NCBI RefSeq assembly: GCF_000970045.1
Contig: NZ_CP009505.1
Location: 2,782,808 to 2,814,807 of the forward strand
From: Methanosarcina sp. MTP4
GTDB lineage: Archaea; Halobacteriota; Methanosarcinia; Methanosarcinales; Methanosarcinaceae
Length of the DNA stretch: 32,000 nucleotides
Reading direction: 5' to 3'
Below are positions 17,559-25,700 of the stretch, one piece after another. Made by a program: the position numbers and the translations under genes. Position 1 is the first letter of the stretch; the number at the start of each line of letters is the position of its first letter. The notes beneath the pieces are model-generated. The model saw only the letters and a list, made by a program, of their open reading frames with translations, was not told where the DNA came from and ran no database searches.

Positions 17559-18890
17559 TTAGCGACCACTCTTCTCCCCGCCATCCCCCTCAAGCAGCCA
17601 GTACCACAACGGAACATACCTTATTTTCTTCCCTTCAACAAACTCCTCGTCAAAAAGGTCCGATGTGATGATAGTCCCTTCTTTCATTTTGAAGTTCTTC
17701 ATCCCGGCAAGCAGGCCGTTTACCTCGCGTTCTTTTGTTTCCGGGTCGGACAAATTCGAGCAGACCTGTATCAGGCGGGTGGGTTTAAGTCCTTCCTTTG
17801 TTACAAAATCAACCTCTAAGCCCTTCCGGTCCTGCCAGTAGTATATTTCGTTTCCGGAGCGCAGGAGCTGGATGAAGACGAGGTTCTCGTATAATCTTCC
17901 GGTATCGGAGGAAAGCTTGAAAGAAACGGCATTGATCATGCCAGTGTCGATGCAGTATAGTTTCCTGGGTTTGCTCATTTGCCGTTTCAGCGATTCGTCA
18001 TAATGGCTGAGGCCAAAGAGCAGGAAGGCATCTTCAAGGTACGCAATATAATTGATTATTGCATCCGTGCTGAGGGAGGAGTAACTGGCAAACAGTTTCC
18101 TGAGAGAGTTGTAGGTATGCGGTTTTGCGATGTTCGATATGCAGAACAGGGTAAGGTCCTTGAATATCAGGGGATTCCTTATTCCGTGCCTTGAAATGAT
18201 ATCCCGGTAGATGATGTCGTCAAAGTATGACTGCAGGGTTTCCCGGTGCTGAACAGACGGATAGACTATGGTCTCGGGGAATCCTCCTTTTTTCAGGTAT
18301 TCGTTGAACCTGCGTTTGATAACTATCCTTTCTTCTGAGTAAGGGAGGGTTTTCAGATCAAAGCTGACTGAATGATAATCCAGGAATTCCTCAAAGCTGA
18401 AAGGGAACATCCTGGTGCTCAGGTGCCTGCCTGTCAATAAGGTGGATATCTCCTGTGAAAGCAGGGATGCGTTCGACCCGCTGATTACAATCTTCACGTT
18501 CTGCATCCTGTCGTAGCTGCCTTTAACCCACCGTTCCCATGAAGGGAAGTTCTGGATCTCATCAAGGAAAAGGTACAAACGGGCTTCTTCGGAGATCTCC
18601 TGTGTTTCCCTGAAAGTTTCTATCAAGAGCTGCAGTTCATCCCCGTTTAGCGGCTGCAGGCGGTCATCATCAAGGTTCAGGTACAATATATTGCTTTTCG
18701 GCACACCCCGCTCAAGCAGTTCCGAGATCAGCTGATACATATAATATGTTTTGCCGCATCTCCTCACACCCACGATGTCATTTACATGCGGAGCCGCAAT
18801 GTTAACCTCATACCTGCGCTTCTGAAATGGCGGTAATGCTCTTCCCTGCCACTCGATAATTACACTTTTCAGCTTCTCCCTTGTATCCAC
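17559..18890 (-). CDS. AAA+ ATPase of the AAA_14/DUF4143 (COG1373-like) family (443 aa)
   Basis: ORF track, GTG start. Walker A is GVRRCGKTY and Walker B is LFLDEIQ. The C-terminal GLEVDFV block is typical of the DUF4143 (PD-(D/E)xK-like) domain, from memory. Confidence 0.85.
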   Translation of the reverse strand: MDTREKLKSVIIEWQGRALPPFQKRRYEVNIAAPHVNDIVGVRRCGKTYYMYQLISELLERGVPKSNILYLNLDDDRLQPLNGDELQLLIETFRETQEISEEARLYLFLDEIQNFPSWERWVKGSYDRMQNVKIVISGSNASLLSQEISTLLTGRHLSTRMFPFSFEEFLDYHSVSFDLKTLPYSEERIVIKRRFNEYLKKGGFPETIVYPSVQHRETLQSYFDDIIYRDIISRHGIRNPLIFKDLTLFCISNIAKPHTYNSLRKLFASYSSLSTDAIINYIAYLEDAFLLFGLSHYDESLKRQMSKPRKLYCIDTGMINAVSFKLSSDTGRLYENLVFIQLLRSGNEIYYWQDRKGLEVDFVTKEGLKPTRLIQVCSNLSDPETKEREVNGLLAGMKNFKMKEGTIITSDLFDEEFVEGKKIRYVPLWYWLLEGDGGEKSGR

Positions 18891-18925
18891 AAAGAATAAT
18901 CAGGAGTTTTTTGTTTATATAGCTA

Positions 18926-19021
18926 TCGAGTATAGACGATAAAATTTGCATATTTTGTCGTGTATAAATGATAAAATTCAGTAATTTTGTCGTATATAGA
19001 TGACAGGTTTAAAAGATTATA
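18926..19021. promoter_or_regulatory. Three tandem 32-bp units upstream of the ATPase gene
   Basis: The units start at 18926, 18958 and 18990, an exact 32-bp phase. They read TCGAGTATAGACGATAAAATTT, TCGTGTATAAATGATAAAATTC and TCGTATATAGATGACAGGTTTA. A separate TATA (minus-strand TATATAAA, 18914-18921) sits about 26 nt upstream of the GTG start. Confidence 0.55.
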
Positions 19022-19035
19022 TTTTGGAAGGTTAA

Positions 19036-19311
19036 AACAGGGAGTATGGTTTTAGGTCGTGGGAGCTTACTAAAACCCATTGGTTTAAACGCCTCTTTAT
19101 ATTTCTTCCAAAAACGGAATATGCAGTCTTTTCAGATTTGATCAATGATTCACACAGAAACCTGAGCGAAAAAAACCGCTTTTGGGTTGGAGCCAAAGGC
19201 ATAAAATTTTACAAAGCAGACCCCATCACCGAGGAGGAGCGCAGGGAAGCGGAAGAGCTCTGGAAAGCCATGAGCCTGCCCGGGATAAGCAAAGGAAAAA
19301 TCAAGAAATAA
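19036..19311 (+). pseudogene. Open frame of 91 codons with no start codon, possibly a gene remnant
   Basis: Own translation ends ...EYAVFSDLINDSHRNLSEKNRFWVGAKGIKFYKADPITEEERREAEELWKAMSLPGISKGKIKK*. The frame has no ATG or GTG. Its 5' part overlaps the decayed repeat at 19056-19090. No family was recognised. Confidence 0.2.
19056..19090 (+). repeat. Possible heavily decayed CRISPR repeat
   Basis: GTCGTGGGAGCTTACTAAAACCCATTGGTTTAAAC shares ordered blocks with the consensus (GTC-GTG-GAGC, ACTAAAAC, ATTG, AAAC), but the alignment needs several indels. Confidence 0.3.
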
Positions 19312-19333
19312 TGGTGCGAGAAGGGCTTAATTT

Positions 19334-19370
19334 GTCCGCGAGCAAAATCCACTAAAACAAGGATTGAAAC
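19334..19370 (+). repeat. Solitary CRISPR repeat (36/37 identical; T6C variant)
   Basis: GTCCGCGAGCAAAATCCACTAAAACAAGGATTGAAAC has no neighbouring repeat within 240 bp. It lies 140 bp upstream of the lipoprotein ATG. Confidence 0.9.
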
Positions 19371-19509
19371 TAAAGATAGGTTTTATATACAAAAATCATC
19401 CCTTATTAATTTATATAATTAATAAAGAGAGTTATAATAAATTAAATATAATTTTGACAGAATAAAACCCTCCAAAAATTGGACAAATCAAAAGGGTAGG
19501 TGGTAAAAA

Positions 19510-20955
19510 ATGAAATCAAAAATACTATTAGTACTAATTCTGATAGGTATCGTCGCACTTTCAGGATGTACGGATATAAGTGACTCCTATAAACCTGGAA
19601 GTTTCGGAGCCACCGAAGAAGAGCAGCAGATAGTAGACGCAGTAACAGAAAAATACGGCGACATGACGGCCGATGGCGCGCCAAGGCTGCTTGAAGTAAT
19701 GATGACATCATCAACACAGAACTTCATACCTGTCGATAAGGTATTGAAATACTCAAAAGATTCAGAAAAGCTCTACGCATGGTTCATCTACGACAACTTT
19801 GAATACGACATAATAAACGTAGAGTGGATCTACCTTGACAACGATTACTCGATCTACACCTTCGAATCAGAAACAGGCGAAGACTTTGGACGTGGAACAT
19901 TCATACTCGAGAAGCCAGATGACGGCTGGCCACTTGGAGATTATAAGGTAATTATAAGTGGAGCAGGAGTGCAAGAATCTGTCGAGTTCGAGATAATAGA
20001 CGGAGCGACAGTCTCAATACCACTGGATCTGCTGGACGGTACAACAATGGGCAGCCAGCAGGAAGATTTCGGAAGCACAGGAACAACTGACGCAATACCA
20101 ACTCCACAGAGTGGTTTCAGATCTGAAAGCACATCACACAGTTTCGTAGGAGAATGGAGTTCAAACTGGGGTGATATGACATTCACACAATCTGGAAATA
20201 AGATCGTCGGTGAGTACACACACGACAAGGGAAGACTTGAAGGTGTTATTAACGGTGACGTATTCATAGGAACCTGGTCCGAAAGCCCTTCATACTCAGT
20301 ACCAAACGATGCAGGTGATGTGGAACTCAAACTGAGCAAAGACGGTAATTCATTCGAAGGAAACTGGAGATACGGCTCAGATAGTTCATCATGGAGCGGT
20401 GGCTGGACAGGAAGCAGAGCAGGACAATCAACAGCCTCAACATCATCAGGCGTAACACCTGGCTGGTATCTCATAGAAGTTGAAGACTACAGTGAGGTGG
20501 GCGACCGCGACACATTCAGTCTCGAATACAAAAGAGGTAATGTCCTAACTATTAAAACATCATCAGATGGCGATAAAACATTACAGATAAGAACAGTCAG
20601 TGAAGAAGCAAAAGACTTCTATGCTGCTGAAGAAGAGATTGCTATCAAAGTAAGAAAAGAAGGCGCACTAATAGCAACTGGTAACCTCGGAATGTCTGAT
20701 TCGAGCCATATTAACATAGATATGGCAGATATTAGACCCGGTGGGACCACAGCAGGCGGTTATTCCCTGGAAGATGAAACATATGGGGATCTCTTCACGA
20801 TGGACTGGCAAGATTCAACTGGCGACGTCAAAGAAGGCATATTCAAAGCAAATGTACCGGGAGCAAAAGCACATGGTGGATCATTTGCAATAATTTACAC
20901 ATACTACAATGGCGAAATATACGGAACAAAATACATTTACGAATGGAGAGAGTAA
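19510..20955 (+). CDS. Secreted lipoprotein-like protein of unknown function (481 aa)
   Basis: ORF track. GGTGGT lies 6 nt upstream of the ATG. Signal peptide with a lipobox-like LSGC (MKSKILLVLILIGIVALSGCTD). The mature part is Gly/Trp/Ser/Thr-rich, with repeated G.W motifs. Confidence 0.75.
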   Translation: MKSKILLVLILIGIVALSGCTDISDSYKPGSFGATEEEQQIVDAVTEKYGDMTADGAPRLLEVMMTSSTQNFIPVDKVLKYSKDSEKLYAWFIYDNFEYDIINVEWIYLDNDYSIYTFESETGEDFGRGTFILEKPDDGWPLGDYKVIISGAGVQESVEFEIIDGATVSIPLDLLDGTTMGSQQEDFGSTGTTDAIPTPQSGFRSESTSHSFVGEWSSNWGDMTFTQSGNKIVGEYTHDKGRLEGVINGDVFIGTWSESPSYSVPNDAGDVELKLSKDGNSFEGNWRYGSDSSSWSGGWTGSRAGQSTASTSSGVTPGWYLIEVEDYSEVGDRDTFSLEYKRGNVLTIKTSSDGDKTLQIRTVSEEAKDFYAAEEEIAIKVRKEGALIATGNLGMSDSSHINIDMADIRPGGTTAGGYSLEDETYGDLFTMDWQDSTGDVKEGIFKANVPGAKAHGGSFAIIYTYYNGEIYGTKYIYEWRE

Positions 20956-21117
20956 TTCTCTACCATTCCTTTTTTCTTTTCTTTTAGATTTCCATAAAAC
21001 TGAGTGGGCAGATCAGTCTCTTGACTTTTAAGAACAAAAAGCAATAGCATACGCTTTAGGGTTAATGAAAAGAGATAGAAATGTGGTCACAAGGTATGAA
21101 GTTTTGAGTACATCGGT

Positions 21118-21375
21118 GTCCGCGAGCAAAATCCACTAAAACAAGGATTGAAACCAAGACGTTGACCGATTCCCACGCAATGCAGTTTCTGTCCGCGAGC
21201 AAAATCAACTAAAACAAGGATTGAAACTTCAGGATCAACTGAAAACGCCTCAATATCTCTAAACTGTCCGCGAGCAAAATCCACTAAAACAAGGATTGAA
21301 ACATCAAAATTGGAAAAGATGTTAATAGAGAAATTGCAGTCCGCGAGCAAAATCAACTAAAAAGGGGATAAAACA
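21118..21375 (+). CRISPR. Mini-array 2: four repeats (C6 variant, last one degenerate) and three spacers of 36-38 nt
   Basis: Repeats lie at 21118-21154, 21191-21227 (also C18A), 21266-21302 and 21339-21375. The last is degenerate and nearly identical to the terminal repeat of the main array. All carry GTCCGCGAGC. Confidence 0.9.
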
Positions 21376-21473
21376 CCTATACTCTCATTTCAATTTTTTA
21401 AGGAAAAGCCGTCCGCCTCGCTTCGCTCTGCGGCCGGTGAGAGCCCCGGTACCCAAAAAGCAATCCGAAAAAG
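21376..21473. repeat. Trailer element copy 2
   Basis: ctatactctcatttcaattttttaaggaaaagccgtccgcctcgcttcgctctgcggccggtgagagccccggtacccaaaaagcaatccgaaaaa is near-identical to 17411-17510. Confidence 0.8.
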
Positions 21474-21542
21474 GAACACAATTATATTCTTAATGGCAGG
21501 TAAACTGAGTTAACCACACGATGTTAATGAGAACCATTTTAT

Positions 21543-21737
21543 CTATTTAGTCAGCTTTTCCACTATCAAAAGAAAATTTACTTTAGCAGTAGCTCCCATG
21601 AGTTGAAATGTAGGTTTAACATTGGGAATAATCGTCACAACTTCTCCTTCTAGATTATTCAAAAATTGCTCTAATCTCACCTGGTCCTTATCCATGTCGA
21701 TGTCGAATCGATGTACTTTGTATTTTATAATAGTCAT
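21543..21737 (-). CDS. Small hypothetical protein (64 aa from ATG 21737; the track gives 68 aa from a TTG)
   Basis: ORF track frame. MTIIKYKVHRFDIDMDKDQVRLEQFLNNLEGEVVTIIPNVKPTFQLMGATAKVNFLLIVEKLTK. No family was recognised with confidence. Confidence 0.45.
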   Translation of the reverse strand: MTIIKYKVHRFDIDMDKDQVRLEQFLNNLEGEVVTIIPNVKPTFQLMGATAKVNFLLIVEKLTK

Positions 21738-22052
21738 TATATCACCCAACTATGTTATTTTTATAAGTATTCCATTTTATTCAACCGCTCAGCAACATTA
21801 AATTTGTCATTTTTATATGCATTTGCCTCTTATTACTAACAATTATTGGTTTTTCAATTTCTATACAGGTAAAGTGAGGTGTGCAGATGCATTAAGCAAA
21901 CCGGAATACTGGAGAGAATAAGAATCCAGTAAGCTTATAGGACCCCGGTATCAAGCTCTCGAAACCAAATTTTCCGCTCCCCGGCTTCGTATAAAAAAAG
22001 GTGTTGAGATGCTTTTATTCTCGTTTATTCTCTTATTCTTTTTTATTTTCCT

Positions 22053-22225
22053 GAAAAAGCCGTCCGCTTCGCTGCGCTCTGCGGTCTGTGAGAGCTCCGG
22101 TACCCAAAAAGCAGTCCGAAAAAACGCAGCTATTTCTTAGTCCGCCAGCCACACAAACGCCGCCATAATATCCTCCTCCCCGACCAACCCTGTGGCGTGT
22201 CCTTTTCCTCCCGTATCCCCAAACC
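22053..22225. repeat. Trailer element copy 3 (diverged), including a remnant of an ATPase-gene 3' end
   Basis: gaaaaagccgtccgcttcgctgcgctctgcggtctgtgagagctccggtacccaaaaagcagtccgaaaaaacgcagctatttcttagtccgccagccacacaaacgccgcc aligns with 17438-17547. Weaker similarity continues into the last roughly 40 nt of the ATPase ORF (tcctcct..cgaccac..tcccc). Confidence 0.6.
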
Positions 22226-22232
22226 ATACTAT

Positions 22233-22492
22233 GTCCGGTAACTGAGGAAAAAATCCACCTTAAAAGGGCTGAAACAAAAAATTATACACTTTGAGGTATG
22301 CATTTTTTCCTGGTCCGTGAGCAAGATCCACTAAAACAAGGATTGAAACCCGGGTTAACAGCCGCAGCCGTGAAAGATGATCTGTCCGTGAGCAAGATCC
22401 ACTAAAACAAGGATTGAAACTTGTGGGCGGTATCGATATTAGGGTTATGGATGTAGTCCGTGAGCAAGATCCACTAAAACAAGGATTGAAAC
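22233..22492 (+). CRISPR. Mini-array 3: one indel-laden repeat plus three intact repeats (A13G variant), with three spacers
   Basis: The decayed copy is GTCCGGTAACTGAGGAAAAAATCCACCTTAAAAGGGCTGAAAC (22233-22275). Intact copies GTCCGTGAGCAAGATCCACTAAAACAAGGATTGAAAC lie at 22313-22349, 22384-22420 and 22456-22492. Spacers are 37, 34 and 35 nt. Confidence 0.85.
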
Positions 22493-22740
22493 ACCGGGTT
22501 TCTCGGCTTCTTCAACCTGATCCATGAAAGGTTGGAATACATCTCAAATCGATAAAACCTGGTTTTTTCTAAAGCATCGGAAGTCCTGGATACCAAATCC
22601 TCTTCGTTCCTGACCTGCCCATTGGAATACGAATAAATCAGAAAAACAGAGATCAGGATAATTATTACAAGAATTATCGTGAATCTACCTTAAAGACCGT
22701 TTTGTGTAATTTTTCTCATGTTCGCATTCTCTTTCTTTAT

Positions 22741-25700
22741 TCACATTTTCTTTTTTAAAACATATGCAGCTCCCAACCCCGTCAGTAAGATTATCATGGC
22801 TACTGCCAGGTAGAACCATATGGATTGGGTTTCAGGGAGAGTATCTGTTTCTGCTGCCGCAGGAGTTTCTTTTGAAGTATTTTCCGGGCTTTCCAGAGGT
22901 GCCTGAACGTCTTCAACTGTAATGTTCTCATCCTGGCTTTCTTCATCCGTGATTATAGGGATTCTGCGGTGCCCGTCATGGGGTGGAACCACAGGCTCCT
23001 TTATTTCACTGCCTGAAAGCCCGTACAGGCTGAGATGAGAGACATTTGCCCAGGCGTATCCCTCGTATTCTTTGCCGTAAATGACATCATTTGTGGTATT
23101 TACTCCGACATCGTTTACCCAGTCCATATCAGTTGACAGTTTCTCCCATTCTCCTGATAATTCATTGAACCAGGAAATGCCTATGGATTTCTCATTGATA
23201 TCCCCTAGGTCATTCGAATAACCATCACCGGTCCTGTCGAGGTCTTTAGCAGTATAATAAATAACAATCTTTGCCCAGTCTATATTGTCTGCCGTAGCGT
23301 TCAGGATATTTTCACTGACATTTATGTCCAGAGATTTCCCAACATCCTTTTCATTCACCTGAGCCAATACGTGCGGAAAATCTGTTGAGTTGTGGGCTCC
23401 CAGTCTGACAGTGGGTTTAACAGGTTTTTCAAGTTCGATCCATACAAAGGCATCCATCTCTTTGACAGCATCAACAGTTATCGAGCTCACAGGTGTCTGG
23501 TATTCTATAGTCTGGTTAAGGGTCTTGAAAGAATCCAATACGGCGTAGTGGTCGAAAACATAGGGATTGGAGAGCATCACAACTGTCTGGGGCGAGGTCC
23601 AGATGTCATAGGTGGTATAGAACCTGTCAAAGTCCGATTCCTGCATCTTTGCCAGCTCATCCGGCGCCAGGCTATTCAGGATGCTGTGGGTTATATTGCC
23701 AGCAGTGCTGTTTTCAAGCCCCGGTCTTCCAACGATCAGGATGTACGGCTTGGTTGAATAATTTGCCAGTTCTTCCGGCTGGAATACTGTGACATTAGTG
23801 TATTTATTAAGATTTTCTATGAAGTTCCCGGAATCTTCATCCGGATCACAGGTCATCCAGATATCGTCCACGTTTGGAGCCAGTGAATAGGGATCTTCTG
23901 AGTCGTTGATGCCATTACCCCTCGTATCGCCGAATACCGGGTTTGTGCCGTTCTGGAGTTCGGAATAGTCATCGAGACCGTCCCCATCGGTGTCGTTGTT
24001 CAGGGGGTCCATCCAGTTTTCAATTTCCTCTTTGTCGCCGACACCGTCCCCATCCGTATCGTTAAGCAGCAAACTGGTATTATACAGGCTCTCATTACCA
24101 TCGTCCAGACCGTCCCCGTCGGTATCAGGGTTTCGGGGGTCGCTACCCTGATTATATTCTTCCCCATCGGATAGCATATCCCCGTCAGAATCCGGGGAAA
24201 GCATGCTCGAGTTAAATGCGAGTTCTTCGGAGTCACTAAGCCCGTCTCCGTCGGTGTCTCTATCTCTTGGATTGGAGTAATTCAGATACTCATAGTAATC
24301 CGATAACCCATCGCCATCGGTATCATTTAGCCAGGGGTCGGTTCCAAATATCATTTCAAGGTTATCATCCAAGCCGTCGCCCTCGCTGTCATAACCTTTA
24401 ATGTTCGTCCCGAGCACCCATTCAACATAATCTGTCAACCCATCATCGTCTGTATCCACATCTCTGGGATTTGTATAGAAGTTGAACTCCTGGTAATCAG
24501 TAAGTCCGTCATAATCGGTGTCATTGATCAAAGGTTCACTTGTCACGCTTACATAAAAGACACCGGTTGAATTTACAAAGGACACAACATTCCAGCCGGT
24601 CATTTCGTCAATGTTCTTCAGACCGTCCCCATCCGTATCACTATCGGGGTCAAATATGTCCGGAGGGTAGTAGACCAGTGTTTCATTGAACTTCTGGATG
24701 ACATTGTTCGTCTCATCTGCAACATAGACAGAGCCATCCGGACTGACCCCAATTCCCCACGGTCCTTCAAATTGCCCGTCGAACGAACCCTGGCTGCCCC
24801 ATGTCACTAAGAACAAACCATTGGTGTCAAATCCTAAAATCCGGTGGTTATCACGGTCCGATACAAAAATATTTCCTTCTGAATCCGCACTCATTCCATA
24901 AGGGGAGGAAAAAGTCCATGGTGGATATCCGGGGATCGATCTGATAAAAAGACCATTGTTAGAGAACTTCTGAATGCGATCGTTACCCAGGTCAGCAACA
25001 TATACATATCCATTGGAATCTGTTGCAATCCCACTCGGATAATTGAACTTTCCATTCCCGGTTCCCTGCCCTCCCCATTGTATGCCAGTGTAGACACAGT
25101 TAGCATAGTACTTTTTCACCAGATGGTTCACAGCATCAGTGAGATATAAATAGCCGTTTTTATCGCTTGCCACGTCGTATATTGGGGTGGCAAAACTGGC
25201 AGTTTTCGATAGATAGTTACCATTCAAATCGTACACAAAAACTCCGTTATATCCGCCATAGGGGTCTGCCATGGCAACAGCAACGACGTTATAGATATCA
25301 TCTGCAATTCCATAACCATAATACGGTATCGTCCAGCTTTTTATAAAGGTCCCATTGGGATCGAATTTTTGAACACGGTTCCTGTCAAGGACATATACAT
25401 TTCCGGTCTGGTCAACTCCAGCGTCACGGCAGTGATCAAACTCTCCGTTCCCTGTTCCCTGGCTGCCCCATTTAGTAACGAACTCCATGGCAGTAACAAG
25501 TTTTGGATTTGCCACATCGTTATTTCCATCACCGTCAGTATCCTTTGACCTTGGATTAAGATTGCTGTAGTATTCCATCTGGTCATCCAGGCCATCGCCG
25601 TCCGTATCGTTCAAAAGCGGATTTGAGCGCACGGGTATGTTGATTGTCTTGCCGTCAAAGTTGAAGGTGATCGCCCATCCGGTTTGTTCCATGTAGTCTG

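Noticed and set aside
22033-22227. 64-aa minus-strand ORF (MVWGYGRKRTRHRVGRGGGYYGG...)
   Set aside because: It lies entirely within the diverged copy 3 of the trailer/ATPase-flank element. It is low-complexity Gly/Arg-rich, and the homologous copies 1 and 2 are not open in this frame.
22519-22540. gatccatgaaaggttggaatac, 26 nt after the last repeat of mini-array 3, as a possible decayed terminal repeat
   Set aside because: It resembles only the 3' part of the repeat (ATCCA..AAA..GG.T.GAA.AC) with a 4-nt deletion. The implied spacer would be far too short.
22470-22719. Minus-strand small ORF MRKITQNGL*GRFTIILVIIILISVFLIYSYSNGQ..., a signal-anchor-like ORF downstream of the giant gene
   Set aside because: An in-frame TAA interrupts it after 9 codons. 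No alternative start precedes the hydrophobic segment. The 3' end is just the translated last repeat of mini-array 3 (..VFQSLF*). At best it is a dead remnant.
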